From assembly GCA_002189035.1 (NCBI GenBank), contig NEEC01000009.1, positions 2,976,001-3,040,000 on the forward strand: DNA of 64,000 nt. The letters run 5' to 3'. Below the pieces are notes generated by a model. It saw only the letters and a program-made list of their open reading frames with translations. It ran no database searches and had not been told where the DNA came from. The stretch comes from Utricularia gibba (Eukaryota > Plantae > Magnoliophyta). The translations under genes were made by a program, and so were the position numbers. Shown here one piece after another: positions 15,632-27,668 of this stretch (positions are counted from its first letter, which is position 1; each line of letters begins with the position of its first letter).

Positions 15632-16797
15632 ATGGCTGATAGAGGTGGAGGAGATCGTGGTTTCGGCCGTGGATTCGGTGGCCGCGGGCGAGGGGCGACA
15701 GGGGCAGGGGACGTGGCCGCAGACCACGCCGTGAACCGGAGGAGGAGAAATGGGTTCCGGTGACGAAGCTTGGCCGCCTGGTGAAAGACGGAAAGATTAA
15801 ATCCCTGGAGCAAATCTATCTCCACTCTCTCCCAATCAAGGAATACCAAATCGTGGATGCCCTGGCGCCGTCGATGAAAGATGAGGTTATGAAAATCACT
15901 CCTGTTCAGAAGCAGACTCGTGCTGGACAGAGAACCCGTTTCAAGGCATTTGTTGTTGTCGGTGACGGAAACGGTCATGTGGGATTGGGAGTCAAGTGCG
16001 CCAAGGAGGTAGCAACTGCAATTCGTGGCGCCATTATACTGGCCAAGCTTTCGGTGATCCCTGTCAGAAGAGGCTATTGGGGAAATAAGATCGGCAAGCC
16101 TCATACCGTTCCCTGTAAGGTTACTGGGAAATGTGGTTCAGTTACGGTGCGTATGGTGCCTGCACCACGGGGTGCTGGAATTGTGGCTGCCCGTGTTCCT
16201 AAAAAGGTGCTTCAGTTTGCTGGTATTGAGGATGTTTTCACCTCCTCCCGTGGATCCACCAAGACTCTCGGGAACTTCGTTAAGGTCGATTTCTAAAAGC
16301 ACATTTCTGGTTTCTATGTTTCGTTTTCCAGATTTTTGATGTGTCTGATAATCAGTATCATGAATTCTTCAAGTTCTGACGATCTGAGTTCCTTCCTTTT
16401 TATAGATATATGGTGATGTAGTATTTTATACGTTATCTATGTGCACAATGAATTTGTTATTGTATCTCCTGGTTAGCTAAGATCAATACTATGTTAAAGC
16501 TTATGCTTGGGAGACTTGTTCCTCCATTTGTGATGTAGTTTGTCTGAAAATGGGATGGCATGTTTTCTTGATTGATACCATGTTAAGATTTTTCTTTTCC
16601 TGATAACGTTGGCTCCTGCTAATCGATTGTATCTCTCTCAGGCTACTTTCGACTGTCTCCTGAAGACGTATGGCTTCCTCACACCCGACCTTTGGAAGGA
16701 AACACGGTTCATAAAATCCCCTGTACAGGAGTATACCGATCTGCTTGCAAAACCAACAGGGAAGATTATCCATATCGTGGAGGAACCAGAGGCCTGA
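15632..16797 (+). CDS. RPS2: 40S ribosomal protein S2 (uS5); exons 15632-16284 and 16642-16797; apparent 1-bp deletion at 15692-15695
   Basis: RGG-rich N-terminus [20 protein letters not shown], then [56 protein letters not shown]|[18 protein letters not shown]. Confidence 0.97.
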
Positions 16798-17186
16798 TTT
16801 GGTTGGAATGTCGCGCATGGAGTTTTTTATCGATCTTTGATTGCTTGAGGCCTTCTCCATATCTTTCATTTTTGTTCTGAACTCTGTTGACCGTCCGCAT
16901 TTTATCTTGGATCATTGCTGATTACAAATTTCTCGAGTTTTCCTGTTGACATATTTGTTTATTAGCTCTTCTAGTTGGCCTATGCGCTCCCTATTTATCA
17001 GTAGACACCAGATGACGTTTCTCAATATAAACATGTTGCTTTGTAACAAGCATAAATGCTTCCCTAACAAAACTGCAACTTCCAGGTATACTCCAACAAA
17101 AGAAGTCTCCATCGGTCCTTCGATTGTTAGAATGCTATTTTAGTTTAGTGGGAATTCGACAAGAACGAGAAGCAACTGCAGCACAA

Positions 17187-18544
17187 CTACAGATCTCTCC
17201 AAATGTTAAAGTCTGTACTAGAAGTATTTTGATTTGCCATGGAGGAATCCTGGCAGCCCAAGAAAAATGTCCTTCTGACAGTGTCTATGTTCACCAAAGC
17301 ATGAGCAGTTCCCTTGGGACTAGTTGCAATGGCAACTTCATCTGCACCAACAACCACCTCAGAGTATCCCTTTGCCACTGATTTGTTCTCCACCTAACAT
17401 CAGCCCATGGTGGATACAAATTAGACACTATCAAGTCGCAAAATTCAACATCTAAAAACATCAAATTTCAACATGATGATAGCAAGATCAGTTAAGCAAA
17501 AAAAGAAACGCACACACACACAACAAAACAGTGGAAGAAGGGATGGGATGGCAGAGTGAAAATCCCATGAGAGTGATGGCTGATGAAAACAAATGAGCAT
17601 GTGAGCCTTTCTCCTAAACACCAAAACATTCTTCCATTTCTCTCTTATTCATATAAAATGAGCACATAAATCAATGAATCTACATCAGAAAGCTATGAAA
17701 CAAGCCATGTATTCGAAGTCAAGTATGTAATTTTTAAGAAGAAATACCAAGCATACCCGAAACAGAGTTTTGGCACCCCATATTACAAAAGTTTCGTTGC
17801 AAGAATGATGTCTGTGGTTGCCCCTCACACCTCCTCCCCGGATCTCACCAACGTGGACTGCAACACAAGAAGTTGCTCCTCCTGAAAAATACACTTCCTC
17901 CGAATAAAGATGATGCACAAAGTCCTACTATATAACTCAAAGAAAAGATCAAGAGACAAAACGGCGACAACAAAAGGACCAGACTAAGAGCTTCATGATC
18001 TGAATCTTGCAAAAAGAGATGTGGGCCAATGTGAGACCCAAACAAACCTGGGACATGCTACAGAGATTATGGTCTCTTACACATACAGTGCTAAAATAAA
18101 GAAAAGGGGAGATAATTCCGCTACAAAGTGAATGTTAAAAAAAAAAAAAAGAATCTAGAAACCTTGTATCCCAGAATCCAAAGCAAGAGAAACAGGATTA
18201 AGCAACCATCCACGTCTATCCTTCATCACATGGGAAGAAGAAGAGGCGAATTTCACAACACTGGCATCAGAATACTTAACAAAGCCTCCACCTTGATCCC
18301 TCGCCCCGTATAGAGAAGATTGACGAAAATCAATATCAGAGTAACGATGCTGAAATCTTAGTGAAACCCATGTGAGAATTAGGAAGATGAAGAGCATAAA
18401 AGGTAAAGCATGCGGCTTGTTGAGGAAAATCTTGAGCGAGTTCAACAGGGTTTCCGGCTGAAACTGCATGACGGGGTCCGCAATCGGAATCTGGGTTGAA
18501 GAATATGTTGCCCTTCTGGGATTCGCCATTGTCTGTGGGTACAT
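17187..18544 (-). CDS. RmlC-like jelly-roll/cupin protein with N-terminal TM helix (At1g19130-like); exons 18163-18544, 17757-17881, 17187-17393
   Basis: Spliced product reads ...KDRRGWLLNPVSLALDSGIQGGATSCVAVHVGEIRGGGVRGNHRHHSCNETFVIWGAKTLFRVENK...TAHALVNID...DFNIWRDL*. Intron phases are consistent. The likely true start is the second ATG at 18529 (MANPRR). Confidence 0.85.
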
Positions 18545-18952
18545 AATTCGAGCTGCTAGGGTTTGTCATAAACCCGGTGACCCCTACTCAAAGCAAGCAA
18601 ATTAGTAGTGTTGTTCTTGGAATGAAGTCAACTATCAATAGCGGCATAATATAGGGCTAAACTGCTGACTCTGATTCAAGGTGAAATTCACCCGTTTGGA
18701 TCAGAACAATCAAAACAACCACGACTTCCTTCCGCCGGCGTTCTTTTCTCTCTTGGCTAACTATACCCAAACTCTCGGACCCGTTCCGTTTGCCGTCGCC
18801 GATATCGTGTGTCTGGTGTGGTTCTGTTCATCTGTTCGGAAGTTCAATCGGGTGGCTCCGATCGGCCGGATGGAGCACCGAGATGTCGCGCTCACGTATT
18901 CCCCTTTTAGAAAGTATAAAACTCAATTTTCAATGTTATAAATCAGTTTTGT

Positions 18953-18977
18953 AAAAAAAAAAAAAAAAAAAAAAAAA
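18953..18977 (+). repeat. poly(A)25 tract
   Basis: Direct reading. Confidence 0.9.
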
Positions 18978-19180
18978 CAATTTAGAGTCCGGTATTCCAT
19001 TTCTAGATTTATTTAATATTAAAACTATTTTTAAAAAATAATTCTTGTAAGGACGAATATATTGAATACAATTTCACACCTAACCTAAATATACCGTCAA
19101 ATCGAATATAATTGGCCATGCCCTAATTAAAACCCTAAAATACTGATATCTGTTCAAATACATATTTATCCCTGTCTAAT

Positions 19181-22100
19181 TCATCCTGCCCGAGCAAGGA
19201 GGGGCAAAAATGTCATTAGCAATCCCAAAAACTCGACCACGTTTAGCATGAAGAATACCATATGAACACCTGCAACATCCCTCCCATCCGGTTACTACAG
19301 TCCATGGACTTGTGTAAGAACAAGGCTACTGTGCTGTACCTGGTAAGAGTGGCGCATGCTGCCTGCCTTGTGCCCATGACAGCCTGAAAAAGGAGACAAA
19401 TCCATGCATCAGCAAAACCAGAATCCAATGAATGCTACGACGATGATGGAGCATGGAGTAGGCGACACCACGTACAGGGAACCACCGGCTGCCGGGCCGG
19501 CCGCCTTGAAGAGGGACATGGCGGTCATGGATATCCCATTTGCCGCGCCTCGTTGCTCTTGCGGCTGAAACGCATCAGGAATGGTTACTTGTTGGTGTTA
19601 TCACGGATTAGCTGTGTTTCTTTTGATGATGAGGGAACAGGGAACTCACGACGACCCGGTTTTGGATGACCAGGAGCCCTGTTGTAATGGAGAGCTGAGC
19701 AGGGACAGGAGCTTCATGTGAGCTGCTTTATCTTTATCTTATGGGGTGCCTTGAAGAGGGTAGGGGAACTCACAGAGAGAACGTTCTTGATGACGGATGC
19801 GGTGTTGAGGAGCAACACGAGGGCGAGACCAGTTAGCTTGGCAATGAAGGGGTAGCTTGACAGCAAGGGAACTGTGAGGAACTGCAGATCATGGGAGTGC
19901 AGATGCTTAAATGGGGAATTCAGAGTTGATTGGGATGACCAAACTCATACCCCGCCAATGCGAGAAACCTTGATTGGCCCCAGTTTCCTCTCCACTTGAG
20001 GGTAGAAAAGCATTTGAAAGATCAGCAGTCCAAGCCCTGTAATTGCAATTTCTCTTTGGTAAAATTGCGTACTTGTAATGGGAAGAACTTGAAAAACTGG
20101 AACATGGAGGAGGTAGCAGATGCATGCGTACCTGTAATGGCAAGAACCTCACCGACATCAGCTGTGCTGAAGTCCAATCCCCCGAGTTTCCTGGGACTGA
20201 CAGCCCACAAGGAGAATATCTGAAAAGTGAACAAGGCATGAACTAGTTGCTGTTTCTGTGAATCCATTCTAAGTATTGTTCCAAGGCATGACCGATACTA
20301 CCTCTGCATAAGCCATGTCGTGGAGCTGGAATACACAATACACTATAATGGCATACATCAGTTTCCAGTTCTTTAATAAACTCCCTTGAGAAGAGTCTCT
20401 GAGCTCTGAAACTTGTGATGCAGGTAAGTGAATGGAAATATTGTCACCGTCTTGAGGGTCAGGATGTCTGAAATCTTGCACAGCATTCTGTTTATTATGA
20501 ATGTGAAGAGTTTCCTGCATGGAGAAAAGGGAGAAGTTAAATGCATTCAGACAACAGAAGGATCATCTTCTCCAGGATGTTTTATAGCTAGATAAACTAT
20601 GGATCACTTTCCAAGATATCGGAAATATCAGAATGCTGAGTTTATGAATCCAGGTAACATGTTAAGATTGCAGAAAGCAGAGAAGAAAAACAACGTACAG
20701 GGAGCCAAAAGGATACAATGAATGCTGCGAATGCGAAGAGTGATATCACAAGACATGGTAGAAAGTAAGGAAACCTGCAAAAAATCTAATCAGAAGAAAC
20801 AGAGCATCCCAGTTGACAAAAATATCTGAATGCTACATCTTACTACCTCTCAAAAATAGATCCTTTCGCAAAGATGTGAGGATACTTCTGCACTGGCTAG
20901 CAGTAAATGAAATACGCACAAGTCAGGTAGCTAGTTTGCCCCATAAGCATGAATGCCAAACATCATATGAAGTACTACTACAGTAAAGAGATTATTGAGA
21001 CTCCTAGCAATCTGAATCATCGAAAATGAAGAGAGCTACTGACATGATCTGTTGATCATCAGTTTTTCTGATCTCGCTGCAGACAAATAGCTGAGACTAT
21101 GCGTTTCGGCATTACCTGTGCGAAAAAGCCACCAACAGCTGGTCCAATTACCAAGCCTATGCCCCAAGATGTGCTCATCTGTTTTTAAACAAGTTCACAA
21201 ATTTGCATAAGAATATGAAGATAAGGTTGTCAAAGAGAGGAGAAGACAGGGAAAGGATCGAATGTCTCACAGCTGACATCCCCAATGCATGGTATTCTTT
21301 ACGACAAATCTCGGTAACATATGCCTGTAACATATACCTTACAGTCATTCATATGAGAAGATTTTTCTTTTTTTAGCAAGAGATGTACCCTCATAGGTCC
21401 AAGCAACCCACACAGACTTCCAAGGAGGAACCTTGATAAAACTGCCGTCCAAAAGTTCATGCTAAGACCAAAAATCGTATTCAAGATGACTCTGGATATG
21501 AAACAAGCCATGAAAAATAAAGGTTAACAATCAATACAACAATGGAAAAATCACCGGTAACTAATACACTTACACAGAAAGTGTGCTAATTAACATCACT
21601 GGTTTTCGGCCATACTTATCAGCCACGACACCCCAGAGTAGAGAAGTCACTGCTCTTCCAAGCATGAATGCCGAACCTGCAAGAAACATTCGTTTTGCCC
21701 ATAATGTGTAGTTGCAGAAAACAGTTAGCTTAATTTGAATCAAGGTTCTAACCTACGTATCCAGCATAGTAACTTACATCTTCCTCCCTTGTAGCAATAT
21801 GGAAGTCCTGAATCTGTGAAGTCTTAATGGTTAGTAGAAAAAAAAAAGTTCACGTTGGATGCTACAGAATGTGATTTCGAATAGGAACCAACAAAGAGTT
21901 ACATCCTTGAATTAACAACGCGTAGAAATCGCAAGAAGGGTGCAGTTACCATGAAATAAAGGAAAGGAAAGAGGGAAGAGATCGGTAAAGCTGCCAAAGA
22001 AACAAGAAGACGAACAGTTAAGCGATAGCAGTATATTATGCATTTCAAAACAGAGGCACTGAAGGATCAACAAATAGTGTGCATCTGCACCTCCCCATTA

Positions 22101-22444
22101 TTTTTCACAATGAAGGATCCAGAAACAAGAACATAAAACGGCTTCCCAGAAAGCGAGATTGAATACTAGAAAGCTTTCAAGGTCTAACGATGAATGACCA
22201 GAAGTGACTCAAAAAATCAGAGACCGAAAAAACTAACCGACACCTCGAAGACATCAAAAGAAGATCAAACAACATCAAAAAATAAAGAAAGGAAATCAGG
22301 CAACCGACCGGCAGAGAGGGTAACAATCCAGACAAAAATTAGAAGCCTGAAGGGGATTCCATGATGGGATTCCTTAAAACTTTCGACTTTGCAGGCTTCA
22401 CAGTTTTCATACTTCTCGAGTAGCGGGACGTTGCTATCCCCCAT
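19181..22444 (-). CDS. ZIFL1: ZINC INDUCED FACILITATOR-LIKE MFS transporter, about 17 exons, apparently intact
   Basis: Traced exons: [154 protein letters not shown]. Confidence 0.92.
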
Positions 22445-23842
22445 ACTTTTCTGGCTCTGAGCAAACAAAACACGAATCAGATCTCGTTCTTTTGATTGAA
22501 AGACAGGTAAAAAGGGCTTGTAGCAATGATACAGGAATCATTATTACGTACTATGTTGTCGTGGAGTGCGACGGCGACTCGATATCTAGAGTAGTCGCCT
22601 TCCTTGAGCCACATGGCCGGCTTCACACACGCATTTATTGGAATTTGAATCGGCCAACGGTTAGTCAAAAAGTCACTTAACTATATACATTCTTACCTAA
22701 CAAGCTGCTACATGATGCCTGGTCTTAGTTATTACATATTATAAAGGGGAAAAAAACCAGAACAAGTGGCGGTAGTATCAGACAAGTGTGTGATGCCAGA
22801 ACATTCATGTGGGCCGATCAGCCGGGGGACTGATTCTTGGTAGTAGCTGTCGGAGAGCGTTCTTAAACAGGCTTTCGTCTTTTTGCTGCTGTTTTGTGCC
22901 CCAAATGGTAACGAGGTTGAGATCAGCTCCCAAATTTCCGCTGCTCTTCACGCTGGTATGAAAATTCTCCTCCATTCTTCCATCAGTTTCTTGTTGTGTT
23001 AATCAATGGCATTGATTCTAATATGGAATGGTGGCAGTAACTTTCTTTGTGGTGGGGATGCTCAAGATTTGTCTTTGATGCAAAGTTTCTCGTCCCGCTA
23101 TGTAAAACTCGAAAGTTCGGTAGGTGGGCAGAGCAATTTTCAAGAGGGTAGGTTGGTTGTTGGTTGTGCTTGTGCTTGGGTGTATGAGCATTGATTGCTG
23201 GAAAAATGAAGGTAGATGCCTCCGAATTTAGGTGTAATAAAAGGACGAAATGACTTCATTCTCATGATTTGCATGGTTGGTTGCATCTGCTCTTCTCCAG
23301 AGTGAGATCCTCTTGTCTACCAAATGCTTCTACCCCTCAGAACCGCCCACATCCAGAGGCCTTTCATATATGTAAAAAACCAGGAGCTGCAGTGAAGCAG
23401 TTTCAGACTTCATTGGAGGAGATGACTGACTCCCCTGAGATACCCTGTTTGCACCTCCCTCTTACACCAGAGCAGAGTGTAATAAGGCTATCAAACTACA
23501 AATCTGGAAGATCTGGGGGTATAATCTCAATCAAAATGCAAATTTCCATTTGGAGGTCATTACAAAACTGTCTAATCACCGTGGATAAATAAAGCGATAA
23601 GAAATAAACAGAGGCACTGTCAATTCTGTGCTCAAATAATATATTAAGAATATCTAATTAGATTCTCTTCACAGCATCTTGATCTCAGCACCTGCTTCTG
23701 TAAGTGTTCTGTTCCTACTCCAACTTCCTTGTCATAAGAAATGACTCCTCACCCTATGAGGTAAAATGCATTTTTCATGAAATATTACACTCATGCTCTT
23801 AGTAACTAGCGACACTGCAATCGCATGTAAAAAAAAATCACC

Positions 23843-26509
23843 TCAGTAATTCTGTGCGAGTTGAGAGAATGAATGCCACGTCCCCAAGGAAGCACAAACA
23901 GCTCCAACAACCACAACTCCCCAGCTCACCATAGTCTTCAAAAAGAAGAGAAATACTATTCAAGTTGATAATCTTATGTACTAAATCTGTCATAAAAAAA
24001 TAAATAAAGGCTTTGGATACAGTGGTGTACCTGCAAGGGCGAGGCTTGGCTCCCCATGATTTTCAGAAAGCAAGACGCTGGTGTTATCACAGCCTGAAAG
24101 GGATGTAAACAGATATGACCCTTGGATCAAGTGCAAGCTGTAGGCATATGATGTGCGTTGCGCTGTGTTTATCAGTAGTGTTGTAGAGGGGGGTAGGAAA
24201 GGAGGGAGAGGATCACCATGAGAATGCTGAAGAGGGAACCGATCAAGGACATTACAATTCCTGCGGTGACACAAAGAGGCGTATTCAGATCAGATGGTAA
24301 ACGCGTTGCCAACTCTTTCTAGTAAGTAAAATGATTACCGAAGTAGGGAAGAAGGAGTGCCACAAGAAGGGATGAGACTAGGAGGGCTACGCGTACAGCA
24401 ACGAAGCACCAGTATGCATTTGACAGCCTTGGTGGAAGGAGTTCATCTATGCTTCTTGCAAGAGGGTTCATCAGCAAAGCAAACCTGTTTCTTATTAAGG
24501 AAAAAAAAAAAAAAAAGAGCAGAGACACTGTAGTGTGGTGTTAAGACATAGGAGGAGGATACTTGCTCAGAGGGTTGATGACCTGAAAAACGGTAAGCAG
24601 CAAACCGATCAGTAAAAAAGTGGACGATAAGGGCTGAAACTGTGGCTGTGTTTACCGTTGTCCATAGAGCAATTTTAGAAGAGAGGGCTTGTGGGGGTAA
24701 ATTCAAAGTGATCTGCGATTGTGTAACTGGTCCAAACATGAGAAATCCCAAGACTGCAGCACTTCCGTAAATCGCAGTGCATATAATGAAACTGCAAGCA
24801 GAGCAGGAAGACCAAACCATCACCATGGCATATGAATAAAAAAAAAAGAATAGTTCCAGAAATGAGGCAAAGGCGAGTACAAGAATCTTACCAAATGATT
24901 AGTGCTGTAGAGAACTTTCTCTTGTCAGCCATGGATTGGTAAATATTTGGGAAAACAGAGTGCCCTGCATAGCAGAAACCATAAACGCCAATAGCGAAAG
25001 GGATGCCTCTCCAGTTCACAAACTGTGTGTTGTGGTGAAATCCCACACCCTCCAGAGTTCCTGTGAAGAGAAGACAAACCACCACTACGATCGTTGCAAC
25101 AACTCCGCCAGCTGCGAAGAGAACGACCAATTAGCAGGGGAATGACAGAGTTCATTAACCAATCAGAATGCAGAAGTCATGGCTTATGAAATTTCTTGTA
25201 CCCGAAAGATATGATAGCAACCGAAGATCTCTCAGTATAACCGTCGGAAAGATGAAGAACACAACGAGGATAGCAAATACATGATTTGAATTGAGATAGA
25301 ATCCGAATACTTGTAGGGAAGTTCCGGGGAATATTCCAGTCAGATTGTCTCCTTCCAAAGTGATCAATTCCACACAGGAGGCCTACAACCATGAAAAGAT
25401 TGTCGAAACAAATAGGTTGTGTAAGGTAAATGCACACCAAATACAATCGATCTTACGTATAGCTCTGAGTACAAGACGGCCTGCAGGGAAAGGAAAAATG
25501 CATTAAAAAGAAAATCATATCAAAACACAAAAACCAGAAAAACGTCAAGTCTTACAGAGATAAGAATGCGACCCCATCTCCCAAACGCTGCTTCTACCAT
25601 ATCAGGAAATGTGGTGGCTTCTTCGATTGCTTCGAAACAGTATCTCATTACAGTTGCCGTATAGCAACAGATGATTCCAAAGAGAAGGAGAACAAGGAGA
25701 CTCGCCCATCCCGCCTCCTTCACTGTGCTTGGCACTGAGAGAAGCCCCACTCCAGCCATGACATTAACACCTGACTCAAGAGAACGAATTCTTGTAAGAG
25801 GCGAGACGCAAATTCAACACCCCTATTAAAAAACATCCAATTCCAATACGAATCTATATATTCATTCTACATTTACCGTCAATACTGTTAAGAAATCGAC
25901 CCATAATGGAGATCAACACCTAACCAACACTTTCTCAGACAACAGGGGAAAAAAAGTAAAGGCTCACTGTTGAAAACTGTTTGAACTAAGCTGCAACCAT
26001 GGCTAATCGGATGAGACATCTGTTGTTTCAAAGAGCCATTCTCAGAAAACGAAGTTTGGGCGCCCCTCTTCCTCCTCCACTGAATCATATTCTTTTCAAG
26101 TAACGGCCTTTTCGCTTCAAATAAATAACTCCCGCCATGCAACAATGGCGTAGGACTCGAACATCGAAGTGTACCGAAGTTCGGCGACGCTGCTATCGAA
26201 TATGTATCCGCTGTTTCTCTGAGATATGGAGAAGGGAAACGCATGAAAAAAAAAATGAAATCGGAATTATTTTGGGAGTTGCCGAAATCGTCACCTGAAA
26301 CTCTGAGGCCATTGTTGCTGCGGAGAACGCGGGGACGAGGCACTGGTATCGTCTTCCTCTTCTTCTCCTCCCACGCCGCCGTCTTCCAGGTCAGAATCGT
26401 CAAAGAAATTCTCCGATATGTCTTCATCGCCACCAGAACCCATCTCCATTGGAAGCCCTCGTAGAGAACCCAAGATTTGCATGAGATTCTCCTCCGACTC
26501 CAATGGCAT
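23843..26509 (-). CDS. AVT1: Amino acid transporter, AVT1 family (AVT1A-like), multi-exon
   Basis: Acidic N-terminus with [59 protein letters not shown]...[48 protein letters not shown]. All splice phases checked were consistent. Confidence 0.93.
24485..24562 (-). other. U12-type (minor spliceosome) GT-AG intron in AVT1
   Basis: 5' splice site GTATCCTCC. Branch site TTTCCTTAAT at 24503-24494, about 10 nt from the AG, with no polypyrimidine tract after it. Removal gives in-frame VINPLSK|FALLMNP. Confidence 0.8.
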
Positions 26510-26559
26510 TTAAATATATATAACACGTGATTCTCGTATTCACTTTTGCAAATAAAATA

Positions 26560-27000
26560 AAAAATTTTGAATTCAAATATTTTTATTCACAAATACATAT
26601 TATTAAGATATGATATCTTATTATATATATATATATATATCATTTGGATATATATACATCATATACATCGTATTTGGCGACGGTGCCATCTTATTTTTCT
26701 TATTATTATTTTCAAAGAAAAACTTTATATGAGATTTTGATGTATATGATGAAAAGAAATACTAAAAATAACACGTATTCAATTTTTTTTGAAATTATCG
26801 TATTCAATTTTTTTAATATTAAAAATAATAAAAAAATTAATATTTTTGAACTCAAATATTTTTACCAAGTAATATTTTTATTCATAAATTACTATTATTC
26901 AAATATGGTATCTTATTTATTATTATTATTATTTCCAAAAAAAAATTATACAAGATTTTAATGTATATGACAAAAAGAAAACATTAAAAATTTGTGATAA
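26560..27000. repeat. Degenerate AT-rich tandem duplication including a (TA)9 microsatellite (26622-26640)
   Basis: Block 'ATCTTATT..TTATTATTATTTTC..AAAAA..TTATAtgAGATTTTgATGTATATGAtgAAAAGAAA' at ~26688-26770 recurs at ~26909-26990. 'TTTTGAAtTCAAATATTTT' occurs at ~26566 and again at ~26844. Confidence 0.6.
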
Positions 27001-27668
27001 ATAAATCGATATTAAAATAAACAAGTTTTAAATAAAAGAGGGGTTTCGCAGACTTCGCAAATTTGTTCCATAACTTCAACAAATATAACCGTTTGCATCA
27101 TTGGTTTCTGACCGTTGGAATTGTAATTAATTTCTTTGGTCTCGCTGTTCTAAAACGTTGTTAGAGTTTGATGTAAGCATTTTTGTAAAAATTGATAAAA
27201 AAAAATTGAAATTTTAAAGCATTAAATTAACAATTATTGTTATTTTTATAATAGTCAAAAAAGAGAGGAAACTGATCCTCGGATACTTTGTCTCAGAACT
27301 TCAACAAATCTAGCCTTTGATGATATCTTATGTTCCATTGAAAAGATTATTTGATGGCTGGGGCATTACACAGGCCCCAAGCCTAAATTTCACAGTGAGA
27401 AATACAAGGATTTGGGGAGCAGGGTCTCCATCCTTTGGAGCATTTTATCAAGAAATGCATTCAGATTGGGGCATGGAATGTCTCTGTAACTTGCAATTTC
27501 ATTTATTGCGTTTGTGTTCAATACGAAAATCAGAAGAGCATATGTCTGTAAGCAAGTAGTTCTACTGAGGGTCTATGCCTATTATATACCAAGATCCAGA
27601 CTACGGGAAAACTGATCTAAAGAGGCAACCTATAGAGAGGAGAAGACATTGCTGATGAAGCAGAAGAA

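Noticed and set aside
22790-22833. TGATG...CTGA as a box C/D snoRNA
   Set aside because: Box C is imperfect, the span is only ~45 nt, and there is no terminal stem or recognisable rRNA antisense element.
26644-26961. 105-aa ORF in AT-rich DNA
   Set aside because: It starts at TTG, has low-complexity F/Y/I/K/N composition and lies within the degenerate repeat.
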